A stretch of 64,000 nucleotides of DNA, from IMG/VR virus record IMGVR_UViG_3300032401_000690, positions 80,148-144,147 of that record. The stretch is one strand, 5' to 3'. Of the stretch, positions 29,306-39,634 are shown one piece after another. The stretch's first letter is position 1. Every line of letters begins with the position of its first letter. The translations under genes and the position numbers were made by a program. A model generated the notes under the pieces. The model was not told where the DNA came from. It did no database searches and saw nothing but the letters and a program-made list of their open reading frames with translations. The stretch comes from a virus.

Positions 29306-31165
29306 ATGGACGCATCACAACAGATTTTATCGGATCTAACGGTTTATATGAAGTACGCAAAATTTGTACCAGAATTAAATAGACGTGAAACTTGGGGAGA
29401 ATTAGTAACCCGAAACATTAATATGCACATTAAGAAATACCCATCACTTGAGAGTGAAATAAGAGAGGTATATAAGTTTGTGTATGACAAAAAAGTATTA
29501 CCATCAATGAGATCAATGCAATTTGGTGGAAAACCAATTGAGCTCTCACCTAACAGAATTTTTAATTGTGCGTATTTGCCAATTGACAATTTGGAATCGT
29601 TTTCCGAATCAATGTTCTTGTTATTAGGTGGGACAGGTGTTGGGTACTCAGTACAAAAACACCACGTAGATAAACTTCCTGAGATTAGAAAACCAAACCC
29701 AAACAGGTTTAGAAGATTTTTAATTGGGGATTCTATTGAAGGGTGGTCAGACGCAATTAAGGTTCTATTCAAATCTTATTTTGGAGAACAATTATCAACA
29801 CCTGATTTTGATTTTTCCGATATTAGGCATAAAGGATCTAGGTTAATCACATCTGGAGGTAAAGCCCCTGGACCCCAACCACTTAAAGATTGTTTACACA
29901 AATTAAAAAGTATTTTAGAGTCAAAAGAGGATGGTGATAAATTAACAACCATTGAGGTTCATGACATTATTTGTCATATAGCTGACGCAGTCCTTAGTGG
30001 AGGGATTAGAAGAGCGGCACTGATCTCACTATTCAATGCTGATGACCAAGAAATGATTTCTTGTAAAACGGGTAATTGGTGGGAAACAAACCCACAAAGA
30101 GGGAGAGCGAACAACTCGGCAACATTGTTAAGGCATAAAATAACTCAAGAGTTTTTTATGGGACTATGGAAACGTATTGAGGCTTCAGGAGCGGGTGAAC
30201 CAGGAATTTATTTCACAAATGATAAAGATTGGGGAACAAATCCTTGTTGTGAAATTGCTCTCCGACCAAATCAATTTTGTAACCTATGTGAGGTAAATGT
30301 TTCGGATATTGTGTCTCAAGAAGATTTAAATAATCGTGTTAGAGCTGCGGCATTCATTGGAACATTACAAGCGGGTTATACTAACTTCCATTACTTAAGA
30401 GATATTTGGAAAAGAACAACTGAGAAAGATGCGTTAATTGGTGTTTCTATGACAGGAATTGGATCAGGAGTTGTTTTAGGTTATAATATGAAAGAAGCCG
30501 CAAAAATCGTTAAAGAGGAAAATGAACGAGTTGCAAAATTAATTGGTATTAATAAATCGGCAAGAACAACAACTGTAAAACCTGCGGGGACAACATCATT
30601 AACATTGGGGACATCATCAGGTATTCACGCTTGGCACAATGACTACTACATTAGAAGAATCCGTGTTGGTAAAAATGAATCAATTTATGGGTATTTAAGT
30701 GAAAATCACCCTGAATTAGTTGAGGATGAATTCTTTAGACCCCACGATACTGCGGTCATATCAATCCCACAAAAAGCACCTGAAGGGGCAATTTTAAGAA
30801 CTGAAAGTCCATTCCAACTATTGGAAAGAGTTAAAAAAGTAACTCAAGAATGGGTAAGACCGGGACATAGAGGGGGTTCAAATATGCATAATGTATCAGC
30901 AACAATCAGTTTGAAACCTGAAGATTGGGAATTGGCTGGGGAGTGGATGTGGAAAAACAGGGATTATTACAATGGTTTGTCTGTTTTACCTCACTCCGAA
31001 CATACTTACATACAAAGTCCTTTTGAGGATTGTGATGAAGAAACATTTGATAGGTTAAATATGTCGTTAACCAATATTGACTTAAGTAAAGTTATTGAGT
31101 TGACAGATGAAACGGATTTAAGTGAGAGTTTAGCGTGTTCGGGAGGTTCATGCGAGATTTTATAA
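29306..31165 (+). CDS. nrdJ: Class II adenosylcobalamin-dependent ribonucleotide reductase (monomeric RTPR type)
   Basis: VLPSMR, FNCAY, GGIRRAALI, TNPCCEI, QFCNLCE, TTVKPAGTTS and C-terminal ACSGGSCEI redox tail. No beta-subunit gene nearby. Confidence 0.9.
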   Translation: MDASQQILSDLTVYMKYAKFVPELNRRETWGELVTRNINMHIKKYPSLESEIREVYKFVYDKKVLPSMRSMQFGGKPIELSPNRIFNCAYLPIDNLESFSESMFLLLGGTGVGYSVQKHHVDKLPEIRKPNPNRFRRFLIGDSIEGWSDAIKVLFKSYFGEQLSTPDFDFSDIRHKGSRLITSGGKAPGPQPLKDCLHKLKSILESKEDGDKLTTIEVHDIICHIADAVLSGGIRRAALISLFNADDQEMISCKTGNWWETNPQRGRANNSATLLRHKITQEFFMGLWKRIEASGAGEPGIYFTNDKDWGTNPCCEIALRPNQFCNLCEVNVSDIVSQEDLNNRVRAAAFIGTLQAGYTNFHYLRDIWKRTTEKDALIGVSMTGIGSGVVLGYNMKEAAKIVKEENERVAKLIGINKSARTTTVKPAGTTSLTLGTSSGIHAWHNDYYIRRIRVGKNESIYGYLSENHPELVEDEFFRPHDTAVISIPQKAPEGAILRTESPFQLLERVKKVTQEWVRPGHRGGSNMHNVSATISLKPEDWELAGEWMWKNRDYYNGLSVLPHSEHTYIQSPFEDCDEETFDRLNMSLTNIDLSKVIELTDETDLSESLACSGGSCEIL

Positions 31166-31186
31166 TTAATTAACATTATGTAAATT

Positions 31187-31216
31187 AAAAGGAATACGTA
31201 TTCGTATTCCTTTTTT
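31187..31216 (+). terminator. Rho-independent terminator
   Basis: AAAAGGAATACG-TATT-CGTATTCCTTTTTT. Confidence 0.85.
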
Positions 31217-31250
31217 AATTATTGGTGATATTTATAATAAAACACCAATA

Positions 31251-31757
31251 ATGTTATTAAAGGAATTGGCAATTAGAAAAGAAAAACTTGTAAAAGGAAA
31301 AAACAGGTATTATCTTTATATTTTTAAATGTGGGTGTGGTAAAGAACTATTGGTACAATCTTCAGCATTAAAAACACATTCTGGAAAATGTATAAGATGT
31401 GCGCAACTTAAAGAACCTTATAAGTACATTTATAATGAATTAAAATTACATAAAAGAAATGATACTAAGGTTGAGTTAACATTTGAGGAATTTCTTGATG
31501 TAATTAAAGTAAGGGACTGTCATTATTGTGGTGAGGAGTTAAATTATGAAGAATATTCTAGAGTTTGGGGGAAAATAAATAGTAGGGCTCACCAATTAGA
31601 TAGAAAAGATAATAATTTGGGGTATAGTAAGGAAAATGTTGTTACTTGTTGTTGGGAGTGTAATAGGTTAAAATCTAACAGATTTACTTATGAAGAGTTC
31701 ATTCAATTATCGCCCATCTTAAATAAAATACGAATTGAAAAGAAAGAATTAAAATGA
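31251..31757 (+). CDS. Free-standing HNH homing endonuclease
   Basis: CHYCG...QLDRKDNNLGYSKENVVTCCWECNRLK and an N-terminal CxC/CxxC module. Confidence 0.85.
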   Translation: MLLKELAIRKEKLVKGKNRYYLYIFKCGCGKELLVQSSALKTHSGKCIRCAQLKEPYKYIYNELKLHKRNDTKVELTFEEFLDVIKVRDCHYCGEELNYEEYSRVWGKINSRAHQLDRKDNNLGYSKENVVTCCWECNRLKSNRFTYEEFIQLSPILNKIRIEKKELK

Positions 31758-31975
31758 TGGTAACAAAAGATTGGATATATGATTTATATGTGGAGGAGAT
31801 TTCAAAAAAGAAGTCTCCCCCACTTGATTATTATAAAAATAAGGATGGTAATATCGTTATGACCGAAGATTACCACAAAAAAAGGGGTTTCTGTTGTGGA
31901 TCAAAATGTTTGCATTGCCCTTACGACCCAATTTATACTAAATATAGTACAAGAGTTAATGAATCACGATTATAG
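31754..31975 (+). CDS. Small Cys/His-rich protein (DUF5522-like)
   Basis: DYY...VMTEDYHKKRGFCCGSKCLHCPY. Confidence 0.75.
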   Translation: MMVTKDWIYDLYVEEISKKKSPPLDYYKNKDGNIVMTEDYHKKRGFCCGSKCLHCPYDPIYTKYSTRVNESRL

Positions 31976-31987
31976 TCGTGATTTTTT
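31962..31987 (+). terminator. Rho-independent terminator
   Basis: AATCACGA-TTATAG-TCGTGATT followed by a T run. Confidence 0.7.
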
Positions 31988-32024
31988 ATTTATATAAAAT
32001 ATCCGAACATTATATTTATTAGAT

Positions 32025-32483
32025 ATGGCAAATGGAATAACATATGGAATAAATTTCCCCTTTTTAGATTCTTACGTTGGTAAGTATTTGGATTGTTCTG
32101 ATACATCGGATGAAGAGATTAGAAGTAGTTTGGTTCATCTATTATTAAGTCGTAAGGGTACGAGGTATTTTTTACCTGACTTTGGTAGTAGATTATATGA
32201 GTATTTATTTGAACCACTTGATGGTCCGACATTTAATGAGATGGAGTCTGAGATTAGGGATTCGGTTCAAAAGTATATGCCGGGGATCTTAATTAGTAGT
32301 ATTAAGATAACGGACGCATCTATGGGTGAGGAAGATAAGGGTTCTTATGTTAATGGTGATGGTAAAAAGGAATTTACTGTTCCCAACATTGGGCAATTGG
32401 AGCACACGGCAAAAATAAGAATTGATTATAAAAACACCAATAACACATTCGATTCAAGTGATTTTGTAATTATCAATATTTAA
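32025..32483 (+). CDS. Baseplate wedge protein (T4 gp25 / GPW-like)
   Basis: GINFPF and IRSSLVHLLLSRKGTRYFLPDFGSRLYEYLFEP. Confidence 0.92.
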   Translation: MANGITYGINFPFLDSYVGKYLDCSDTSDEEIRSSLVHLLLSRKGTRYFLPDFGSRLYEYLFEPLDGPTFNEMESEIRDSVQKYMPGILISSIKITDASMGEEDKGSYVNGDGKKEFTVPNIGQLEHTAKIRIDYKNTNNTFDSSDFVIINI

Positions 32484-32489
32484 TAGAAT

Positions 32490-34328
32490 ATGGCAAATAA
32501 AAAAATATCTTATACGACTAGGGATTTCCAAGGGATAAGAACTGAGTTAATAAATTTTACGAGAACTTATTATCCTGATTTAGTTCAAAACTTTAACGAT
32601 GCTGGGGTATTCTCGGTATTATTAGATTTAAATGCTGCGGTGACGGATAACTTACAATTTAATATTGATAGAAGTATTCAGGAAACTGTATTACAGTATG
32701 CGCAACAAAAATCGTCAATTTATAACATTGCAAGGACTTATGGTTTAAAGATTCCGGGATTAAGACCTTCTGTTGCTTTGGTTAACTTTTCCATTACGGT
32801 ACCGGCTTTTGGTGATAGAGAAGATTTAAGATATTGTGGTATATTAAGACGAGGATCTCAAGTAAATGGAGCGGGACAACCATTTGAAACGGTTTATGAT
32901 ATTGATTTTTCTTCTGCGGTAAATGCTGAAGGGTCGCCAAACAGATTAAAAATACCTAATTTTGATGCTACTGGTAAGTTATTAAATTATACGATTACAA
33001 AAAGGGAAGTTGTTGTTAATGGATCAACAAAGGTTTTTAAACGTGTTATTACACCGAATGATGTTAAACCATTCTTTGAATTATTTTTACCTGAGAAAAA
33101 TGTGTTAGGAATCACAAGTGTCTTACTTAAAGATGGGACACAATATACAAGTACACCACAACCTCAAGAGTTTTTAGGGTTGGCTGATAGATGGTATGAA
33201 GTCCAAGCGTTGGTTGAGGATAGAGTGTTTGTTGAGGATCCTACAAAAGTTTCGGATCAACCGGGAATTAAGGTTGGTAGTTATATACAAACAATTGATA
33301 AGTTTATTAGTGAATATACACCTGAAGGTTTCTTAAAAATGACTTTTGGTGGTGGTAATGTTTCTGCTGACGAACAATTACGAGAATTTGCTAGAGATGG
33401 TTATCCACTTGATCTTAGTAAGTATATTAATAATTTGGCTTTAGGTTCTTCACTTAAGTCAAACTCAACATTGTTTATACAATATAGAGTTGGTGGTGGT
33501 CAAGCAACCAATTTGGGGGTTAATATTATTAATCAGATTGGAACTGTTTCATTCTTTGTTAATGGTCCGTCTGAGTCTATTAATACTACTGTTGTTAATT
33601 CATTAAGATGTAATAACGTAACTGCGGCGATTGGTGGGGCAAATGCTCCTACCACAGAGGAAGTAAGACAATATGTGACATATAACTTTGCTGCACAGAA
33701 TAGAGCCGTTACAGTTAATGATTATGAATCTATATTACGTAATATGCCTTCACAATATGGGGCACCTGGTAAAGTATCGGTAACTGAAGAAAATAATAAG
33801 ATTAAAGTTAAGATGTTATCATATGATTCAAATGGTAAATTAACTGAGGTTATATCAAACACACTTAAGAATAATGTTGCAAATTATTTATCAAACTATA
33901 GAATGATAAACGATTATATCTCAGTTGAAACTGCAAATGTTATTGACTTGGGAGTAACGATTGATGTTGTTTTGGATGCAAGTCAAAACCAAGGTGCGGT
34001 TATTACAAAAATAATTGATATTGTAACAACTTATTTTAGTCCTTTACAGAGACAGATGGGACAGAATGTTTATGTGTCGGAAATTAGACGATTAATTCAA
34101 AGTGAGAATGGTGTTATAAGTATTTCAGATATGCAATTCTTTAATAAAGTTGGTGGTCAATACTCTTCATCACAGACATCTCAACCATATTCGGATGTTG
34201 CAACAAAACAAATAGGGTTAATTGCTGATACCATATTTGCTGAACCAACACAGATTTACCAAGTTAAACTACCGAATAAGGACATTAATGTTAGGGTTTT
34301 GAACTTTTCTACGGTCAATTTCTCTTGA
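32490..34328 (+). CDS. Baseplate wedge protein (T4 gp6 / baseplate J-like)
   Basis: YTTRDFQGIRTELINF, IARTYG, YRVGGG, AIGGANAPTTEEVR and AQNRAVTVNDYE. Confidence 0.92.
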   Translation: MANKKISYTTRDFQGIRTELINFTRTYYPDLVQNFNDAGVFSVLLDLNAAVTDNLQFNIDRSIQETVLQYAQQKSSIYNIARTYGLKIPGLRPSVALVNFSITVPAFGDREDLRYCGILRRGSQVNGAGQPFETVYDIDFSSAVNAEGSPNRLKIPNFDATGKLLNYTITKREVVVNGSTKVFKRVITPNDVKPFFELFLPEKNVLGITSVLLKDGTQYTSTPQPQEFLGLADRWYEVQALVEDRVFVEDPTKVSDQPGIKVGSYIQTIDKFISEYTPEGFLKMTFGGGNVSADEQLREFARDGYPLDLSKYINNLALGSSLKSNSTLFIQYRVGGGQATNLGVNIINQIGTVSFFVNGPSESINTTVVNSLRCNNVTAAIGGANAPTTEEVRQYVTYNFAAQNRAVTVNDYESILRNMPSQYGAPGKVSVTEENNKIKVKMLSYDSNGKLTEVISNTLKNNVANYLSNYRMINDYISVETANVIDLGVTIDVVLDASQNQGAVITKIIDIVTTYFSPLQRQMGQNVYVSEIRRLIQSENGVISISDMQFFNKVGGQYSSSQTSQPYSDVATKQIGLIADTIFAEPTQIYQVKLPNKDINVRVLNFSTVNFS

Positions 34329-34402
34329 TGATTTATTTTTGAGATAAAAGAATTATTTTTTGAAAATAGGAAATAAACTATTTATCAAAAAAAGAATTAT
34401 TA

Positions 34403-37400
34403 ATGCCAAAATCATATAGAATAAGGACTCAACCTGGCGTTGACAAATCAATACAAATTAAATTAGATCAGGATTTTGAATTCTTGGAGATCTTATCTCT
34501 AAAGATACTTCAAAGTGACATCTATACTCGTTTGTGCTCCGATTATGGGGTGGTTGTTGGTAGAGTTTTAACGAATGGTGGAACTGGACTACCAAATGCG
34601 AAAGTATCGGTATTCATCCCAATAAGTGAGGTGGATCAACAAAATCCAATTATTTCCGAATTATATCCTTATACATCTTTAGAAGATTTAAATGTTGATG
34701 GGTATAGATATAACTTATTACCATATAAACCATCATATACAGGTCATGCAGCAACAGGGACATTCCCTGAGAGAGATGATATTTTAACTGATTTTTCATT
34801 GGTTGAGGTTTATAACAATTATTATAAATTTACAACCAAAACAAATGAGAGTGGTGATTATATGATATTTGGTGTTCCAACAGGGAGTCAGACCATTGTT
34901 ATGGATGTTGATCTTTCGGATATTGGGTGTTTTTCATTGACACCACAAGATTTGATTAATTCTGGAGTTGCGGGAGAAGGACAGTTTGATGGAAACAAAT
35001 TTAAAACCTCAAGTAACCTTCGTGAGTTACCACAAATTATTAATTTAAATAAAATTGTTGAAGTCCAACCATTATGGGGGGAACCTGAAGTTTGTTTGTT
35101 GGGAATTACAAGAGTTGATTTTGATTTAACTGCATCGTCAAACATTAATATCCAACCAACCTCAGTTTTTATGGGGTCTGTAATTTCAACTGCTAATGAA
35201 GATTCTCTTAAGAAAAGTTGTAAACCAAAATTAAACACGGGTAATATGTGTGATTTGGTTGCTGGTCCCGGACAAATATTGGCAATCAGACAAACAATTA
35301 ATGTTGATGCGAATGGTGATCCGGTTCTTGAAACTTATAAGATAGAACAAGATGGTAAGATAATTGACGGTGATGGTACGTGGTTAATAAACTTACCAAT
35401 GAACTTGGATTATATTACAACGAATGAATTCGGGGAACAAGTTATCTCTAATAACCCTAAAATAGGTATTCCGACAAAGGCAAAATATAGATTTAAAGTT
35501 AAGTGGCAAAACGAACAAGGATTACAAAATAACTTTATGAGGGGTAATTACTTAATACCTAATGTAAAAGAACATGGGTGGGATAGTACTAACCCAGATT
35601 ATGATCCATTTGACCCAACACTTGGTAGTGTATATGGGTTGGATATTCTTGTTGGATCAACACAAATGTCACAAATATTTCCTAAAGGTGGTTTAATATA
35701 TAATAGTAGTGTTAATTCTAATGATTTAAGTATTTTAATTGGTGGTGTTCCGTATTATGGTAGTTTAGATAGTATACCTCTAACTGGGTCAACAAATATT
35801 GTAACGTTAATATCAAATGCTATTGATGTGACTCAACAACAAACATTTTATTTTACTTTTTTACAGGATCCATATTTTACGGTATTAAAATCGTATGCGT
35901 TTAGTTTAGATTGGGATGATTATTACGATAAGGTATCAGCAATTAATTGTGAGGATACTTTTTATGAGTTTAATTATAATAAAGTTTATACTATTGCATC
36001 ATTTATTGATAGATATAAAAATGGTAGAAATAGGGCGAGACATCTTGGGATTAAAGAAATAACTGATAGGTCTTGTCAGAGTGAGAATAATAAAATGCCT
36101 GTAAATGATGTTGTTAGAAATTTTGATTTTTTATTTTTCTTATTTTCATTATTAATTGCAATTTTATCCCCAGTACTTGCGATTGTTATAGTCTTTAATC
36201 ACATATTGGCTTGGATATATCCTATTATTGTTAAAATAAATAACTTTATTATTAAAATTGTTAATGGTTTAATTTATGATTTATGTAAAGGGTTAAATGC
36301 TCTTAGGACTGCGGCAAATAAGAAAGAATGTAAGAAAGATGCTTTGGAATATATGTCCGATGAAAATCCATTTAAACGATTATCATTACCTATGTTAACG
36401 TATCCCGATTGTGAAGCTTGTAGTTGTGATGATAAAGGTTTGGTAACGGAAAATAGTGTTGCTGATGGTTTAAATGCCGCGGCTTTAAGTGTTAATTTAT
36501 CGTTATTATCTGATTTGGGGTCAATAGAAAGTTATAGTTCTTTCACACTTGATACTGCGTTAGATCCTTGTACTGGTTTGCCATTTCCTAACCCACCTGA
36601 TCAAACGGATTGGGATCAAGGAGTACAACAAATATTTGCGGGAACTTCAAATCCTGCTCAAGTTTATTATAAAGTACCTATTTGGGAAGAGGTAGGACCT
36701 AACGGAGTGACTCCTACTTCAGGTCAATTTTTTAAAAGATTTGGTGATGGTATGACACTTGGTCAGTCTATGAATATGGCTAATTTAAGAGCAAGATATT
36801 CTGATGCGACCGCTAGAAATAGAATTACAATAACTCCTAACCCATTATTAGGTGGTGATTCATATAAAGATTTATCTATGATTATATTAGTTGATGCGGG
36901 AACTACCGCACAATTAACTGGTAATTTAATAACATTTAATGATCCAGAACTTAATTCTGACCCAAATACTACGGGAGGAACTGAAAATCAGTTTGGTGGT
37001 AATGGGATTACAGGTATAACATTGGGAACTAGTACATATACGGTACCTTTAATTTATATGGATGATTCGGGTGTTAATATAACATCAAATATAAAAGTTG
37101 TTAGTAGTGAAAGTGAAAAAGAATACTTATATAAGTCGGGGTTAGAATATTTTCAAGTAATTACTGGATATACGTGGGATCAACTTACAATACCAGGTCC
37201 ATTACAACCAATAGGTAGTTATGTTGGTAGTTCAGTAATAAATTCGGGGGTTTTATATAAATATTTTTTACAAAATGAAATAAGTTATGTTAGTGCTTTA
37301 GCAGGATCACACTCTCCACCTTGGTATTGGTTTAATAGTTATCAACAACAAGAAATTTTAATTTTAGTAAGAGGTGTTGATCCATATACTGAAAAACAAG

Positions 37401-39634
37401 AAATAAAATATGATTTATCAGAATTATTTGGGCAACCATTAAATACCCTAACAGTGACTGGTGAATATTATTTAAATATACCAATACAACAGAATGATGG
37501 TGGGTTATATAGTTATGATCAAAAAACACCACAAACCCATGCAAATGCCAATAGTAACTCTAACACATTTTTATTTCACAAACCAATTGGGTTTACTGTG
37601 GATCCATTGGCGTTTACCGGATTCACCACCAATTCACCACAATATTATACATCAACAGATAGGTCTACTTTAAACTATATACACGGATCATATGATTCAG
37701 TCACTATGTCAGGTTGGATAGATATTGATGGTAGAATTACAGATGGTAATACTCAATTACAAAATTTTAGATGGAAAAGTACTGTTGGTCCATCTGGTGC
37801 AATAATTTTAAATGAATATATTGGAAGAGTTGATGGTGGATCATTCACAGTAACAAATGGTAATCAATATTCTTGTTATGATGGGGGACTTGGAATTTTA
37901 GCCCTGTCTGGGTACCCACTATTTACACCACTTAGTCCGTTAGCGAGATGTTACGCACCTGCTTATAGTGTCAATGCGAACGGTAATACACCATTAATGA
38001 CAAACATGAATTCAAGTGAATATTTAATATTTAGATCTGATAGGTTACCAACATCAGATCAAACGGATACGCTTGGTTATAATTCATTCCCATTACATCA
38101 AAATAATAATTTTTCATTTTACACCATATCACCTGAAGGTGGTGTTGTTAATTATAATATTTCTGCGGGTGGTGTTGCAGGTTTTAATGATTTGGATGCT
38201 ATTGGTGATTTAGGGACGGGTAATACTGCAAATTTGGTTAATACCTTCAGTTGTGAAGGTATGGTACCATTAGGTTGTTATTCAGGTGTGGGAACTAACT
38301 TTGGTATTGAGGATCCTTGTACTGATAATCAAACGGGTAAAAACGGACAAAATCAAAGAGTTTATAATGGGTGTTATTATTTTGTTGATGATAAACTAAT
38401 TAAAACAATTAAGGATGATTTAAAATTCCTTGCAGAATGGAGAACAAGATTTAGAATTATATTTGCTGCGTGTAGAGGGGTTTTCGGACATATGTTTCAA
38501 AACAATTGGATTAATGGTGTGTTATATATGCCATCATTTAATAAACAAACAAGATATAATATTGTTGGAATACCTAGTTATAAATATTGTAAGGATGTTG
38601 TGGTATTTAACGATATTAGTAATAATTTCTACTATAGAAGTTCTCCATACGCTGACGATATTGGTCAATTTATTGGAGCTCCAAGACCAACCGCATCAAA
38701 CTTACTAAATATTTCATTTGCGGGGGATGATGAGTCTGCAAATAAAAGACAAATTCTATTCCCAACAACAATTATGGATTTGGGTAATAGGGATGAGTTT
38801 ATTGCTGAAGTATGTGGTGATCCTGATTTTTCTAGTAGATATCTTGGGAATTCATTTAAAAGTACATCTTATCAAGATAGTTCAGATTTATTACAAATGG
38901 CAATTATTTCTAGAATTGTAAACTCAACATTTTTACAACAAGTATTGTCGGTACAAGAAGGTGGTATTGAACAATTTTTTAGTAGAGAAGGGGATAGAAT
39001 TGATGGTGATATTGCACAATCATTCTCAATTAATTCAGAATATCAGGTAACTCCATTTATTGGGGGTAACTATGATGATAATTATGTGTTTATTGGTGGT
39101 GATAATAGTAATGAACCTGTGTTTGGTATCTTCTACGTTAGTGATGAGAATGAGTATAAAAATAGGAGAGGATTATCTCCTGGTATTAATATTTACAGTT
39201 TTAGTACCGCACCTCCGCTACAAACTTTTTATGGTTATCCGAACACACAAGAAGTTCCATTATATAAGTGGCAAATATCACCTAATAACACAATATTTGG
39301 TGATCAAACAAATGAGTGGATGACTAATAATACTGGTAACCTTACCGGTAATGGTTTCTATAGTCAAAAATATCAAAGTTTGGATGTGGTTAATGATGAT
39401 TATTTTAAGACATCATTAATGTCTACAACATATCCGAACATTTATTATGGATATATAACAAATTTTGATTCAACACCGTCACCAGTAACACCACAACCAT
39501 ACGTGAATATATCACCAATAGTTGCAAATCCTGTTGTTGTGGGAGCTCCAAATTATTTTTATTTTGGTTTAAAAAATGGTAAAACCGCATTAAATAGGTT
39601 TATAAAAATATATATAGATACAACCGCAGAATAA
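34403..39634 (+). CDS. Large virion/baseplate-associated protein with N-terminal Cna-B/carboxypeptidase-regulatory-like beta domain and internal hydrophobic segment
   Basis: GVVVGRVLTNGGTGLPNAKVSVF...TKTNESGDYMIFGVPTG and hydrophobic FLFFLFSLLIAILSPVLAIVIVFNHILAWIYPIIV. Late motif at 34379. Confidence 0.55.
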   Translation: MPKSYRIRTQPGVDKSIQIKLDQDFEFLEILSLKILQSDIYTRLCSDYGVVVGRVLTNGGTGLPNAKVSVFIPISEVDQQNPIISELYPYTSLEDLNVDGYRYNLLPYKPSYTGHAATGTFPERDDILTDFSLVEVYNNYYKFTTKTNESGDYMIFGVPTGSQTIVMDVDLSDIGCFSLTPQDLINSGVAGEGQFDGNKFKTSSNLRELPQIINLNKIVEVQPLWGEPEVCLLGITRVDFDLTASSNINIQPTSVFMGSVISTANEDSLKKSCKPKLNTGNMCDLVAGPGQILAIRQTINVDANGDPVLETYKIEQDGKIIDGDGTWLINLPMNLDYITTNEFGEQVISNNPKIGIPTKAKYRFKVKWQNEQGLQNNFMRGNYLIPNVKEHGWDSTNPDYDPFDPTLGSVYGLDILVGSTQMSQIFPKGGLIYNSSVNSNDLSILIGGVPYYGSLDSIPLTGSTNIVTLISNAIDVTQQQTFYFTFLQDPYFTVLKSYAFSLDWDDYYDKVSAINCEDTFYEFNYNKVYTIASFIDRYKNGRNRARHLGIKEITDRSCQSENNKMPVNDVVRNFDFLFFLFSLLIAILSPVLAIVIVFNHILAWIYPIIVKINNFIIKIVNGLIYDLCKGLNALRTAANKKECKKDALEYMSDENPFKRLSLPMLTYPDCEACSCDDKGLVTENSVADGLNAAALSVNLSLLSDLGSIESYSSFTLDTALDPCTGLPFPNPPDQTDWDQGVQQIFAGTSNPAQVYYKVPIWEEVGPNGVTPTSGQFFKRFGDGMTLGQSMNMANLRARYSDATARNRITITPNPLLGGDSYKDLSMIILVDAGTTAQLTGNLITFNDPELNSDPNTTGGTENQFGGNGITGITLGTSTYTVPLIYMDDSGVNITSNIKVVSSESEKEYLYKSGLEYFQVITGYTWDQLTIPGPLQPIGSYVGSSVINSGVLYKYFLQNEISYVSALAGSHSPPWYWFNSYQQQEILILVRGVDPYTEKQEIKYDLSELFGQPLNTLTVTGEYYLNIPIQQNDGGLYSYDQKTPQTHANANSNSNTFLFHKPIGFTVDPLAFTGFTTNSPQYYTSTDRSTLNYIHGSYDSVTMSGWIDIDGRITDGNTQLQNFRWKSTVGPSGAIILNEYIGRVDGGSFTVTNGNQYSCYDGGLGILALSGYPLFTPLSPLARCYAPAYSVNANGNTPLMTNMNSSEYLIFRSDRLPTSDQTDTLGYNSFPLHQNNNFSFYTISPEGGVVNYNISAGGVAGFNDLDAIGDLGTGNTANLVNTFSCEGMVPLGCYSGVGTNFGIEDPCTDNQTGKNGQNQRVYNGCYYFVDDKLIKTIKDDLKFLAEWRTRFRIIFAACRGVFGHMFQNNWINGVLYMPSFNKQTRYNIVGIPSYKYCKDVVVFNDISNNFYYRSSPYADDIGQFIGAPRPTASNLLNISFAGDDESANKRQILFPTTIMDLGNRDEFIAEVCGDPDFSSRYLGNSFKSTSYQDSSDLLQMAIISRIVNSTFLQQVLSVQEGGIEQFFSREGDRIDGDIAQSFSINSEYQVTPFIGGNYDDNYVFIGGDNSNEPVFGIFYVSDENEYKNRRGLSPGINIYSFSTAPPLQTFYGYPNTQEVPLYKWQISPNNTIFGDQTNEWMTNNTGNLTGNGFYSQKYQSLDVVNDDYFKTSLMSTTYPNIYYGYITNFDSTPSPVTPQPYVNISPIVANPVVVGAPNYFYFGLKNGKTALNRFIKIYIDTTAE

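Noticed and set aside
24459-31165. Inteins or group I introns in recA, helicase or nrdJ
   Set aside because: All are uninterrupted, of normal length and without splice motifs. The nearby endonucleases are free-standing.
628-34328. Bacterial extracellular contractile injection system or T6SS locus
   Set aside because: The tail genes are interleaved with T4-like SSB, UvsX, helicase, RNR, primase and homing endonucleases, which indicates a phage genome.
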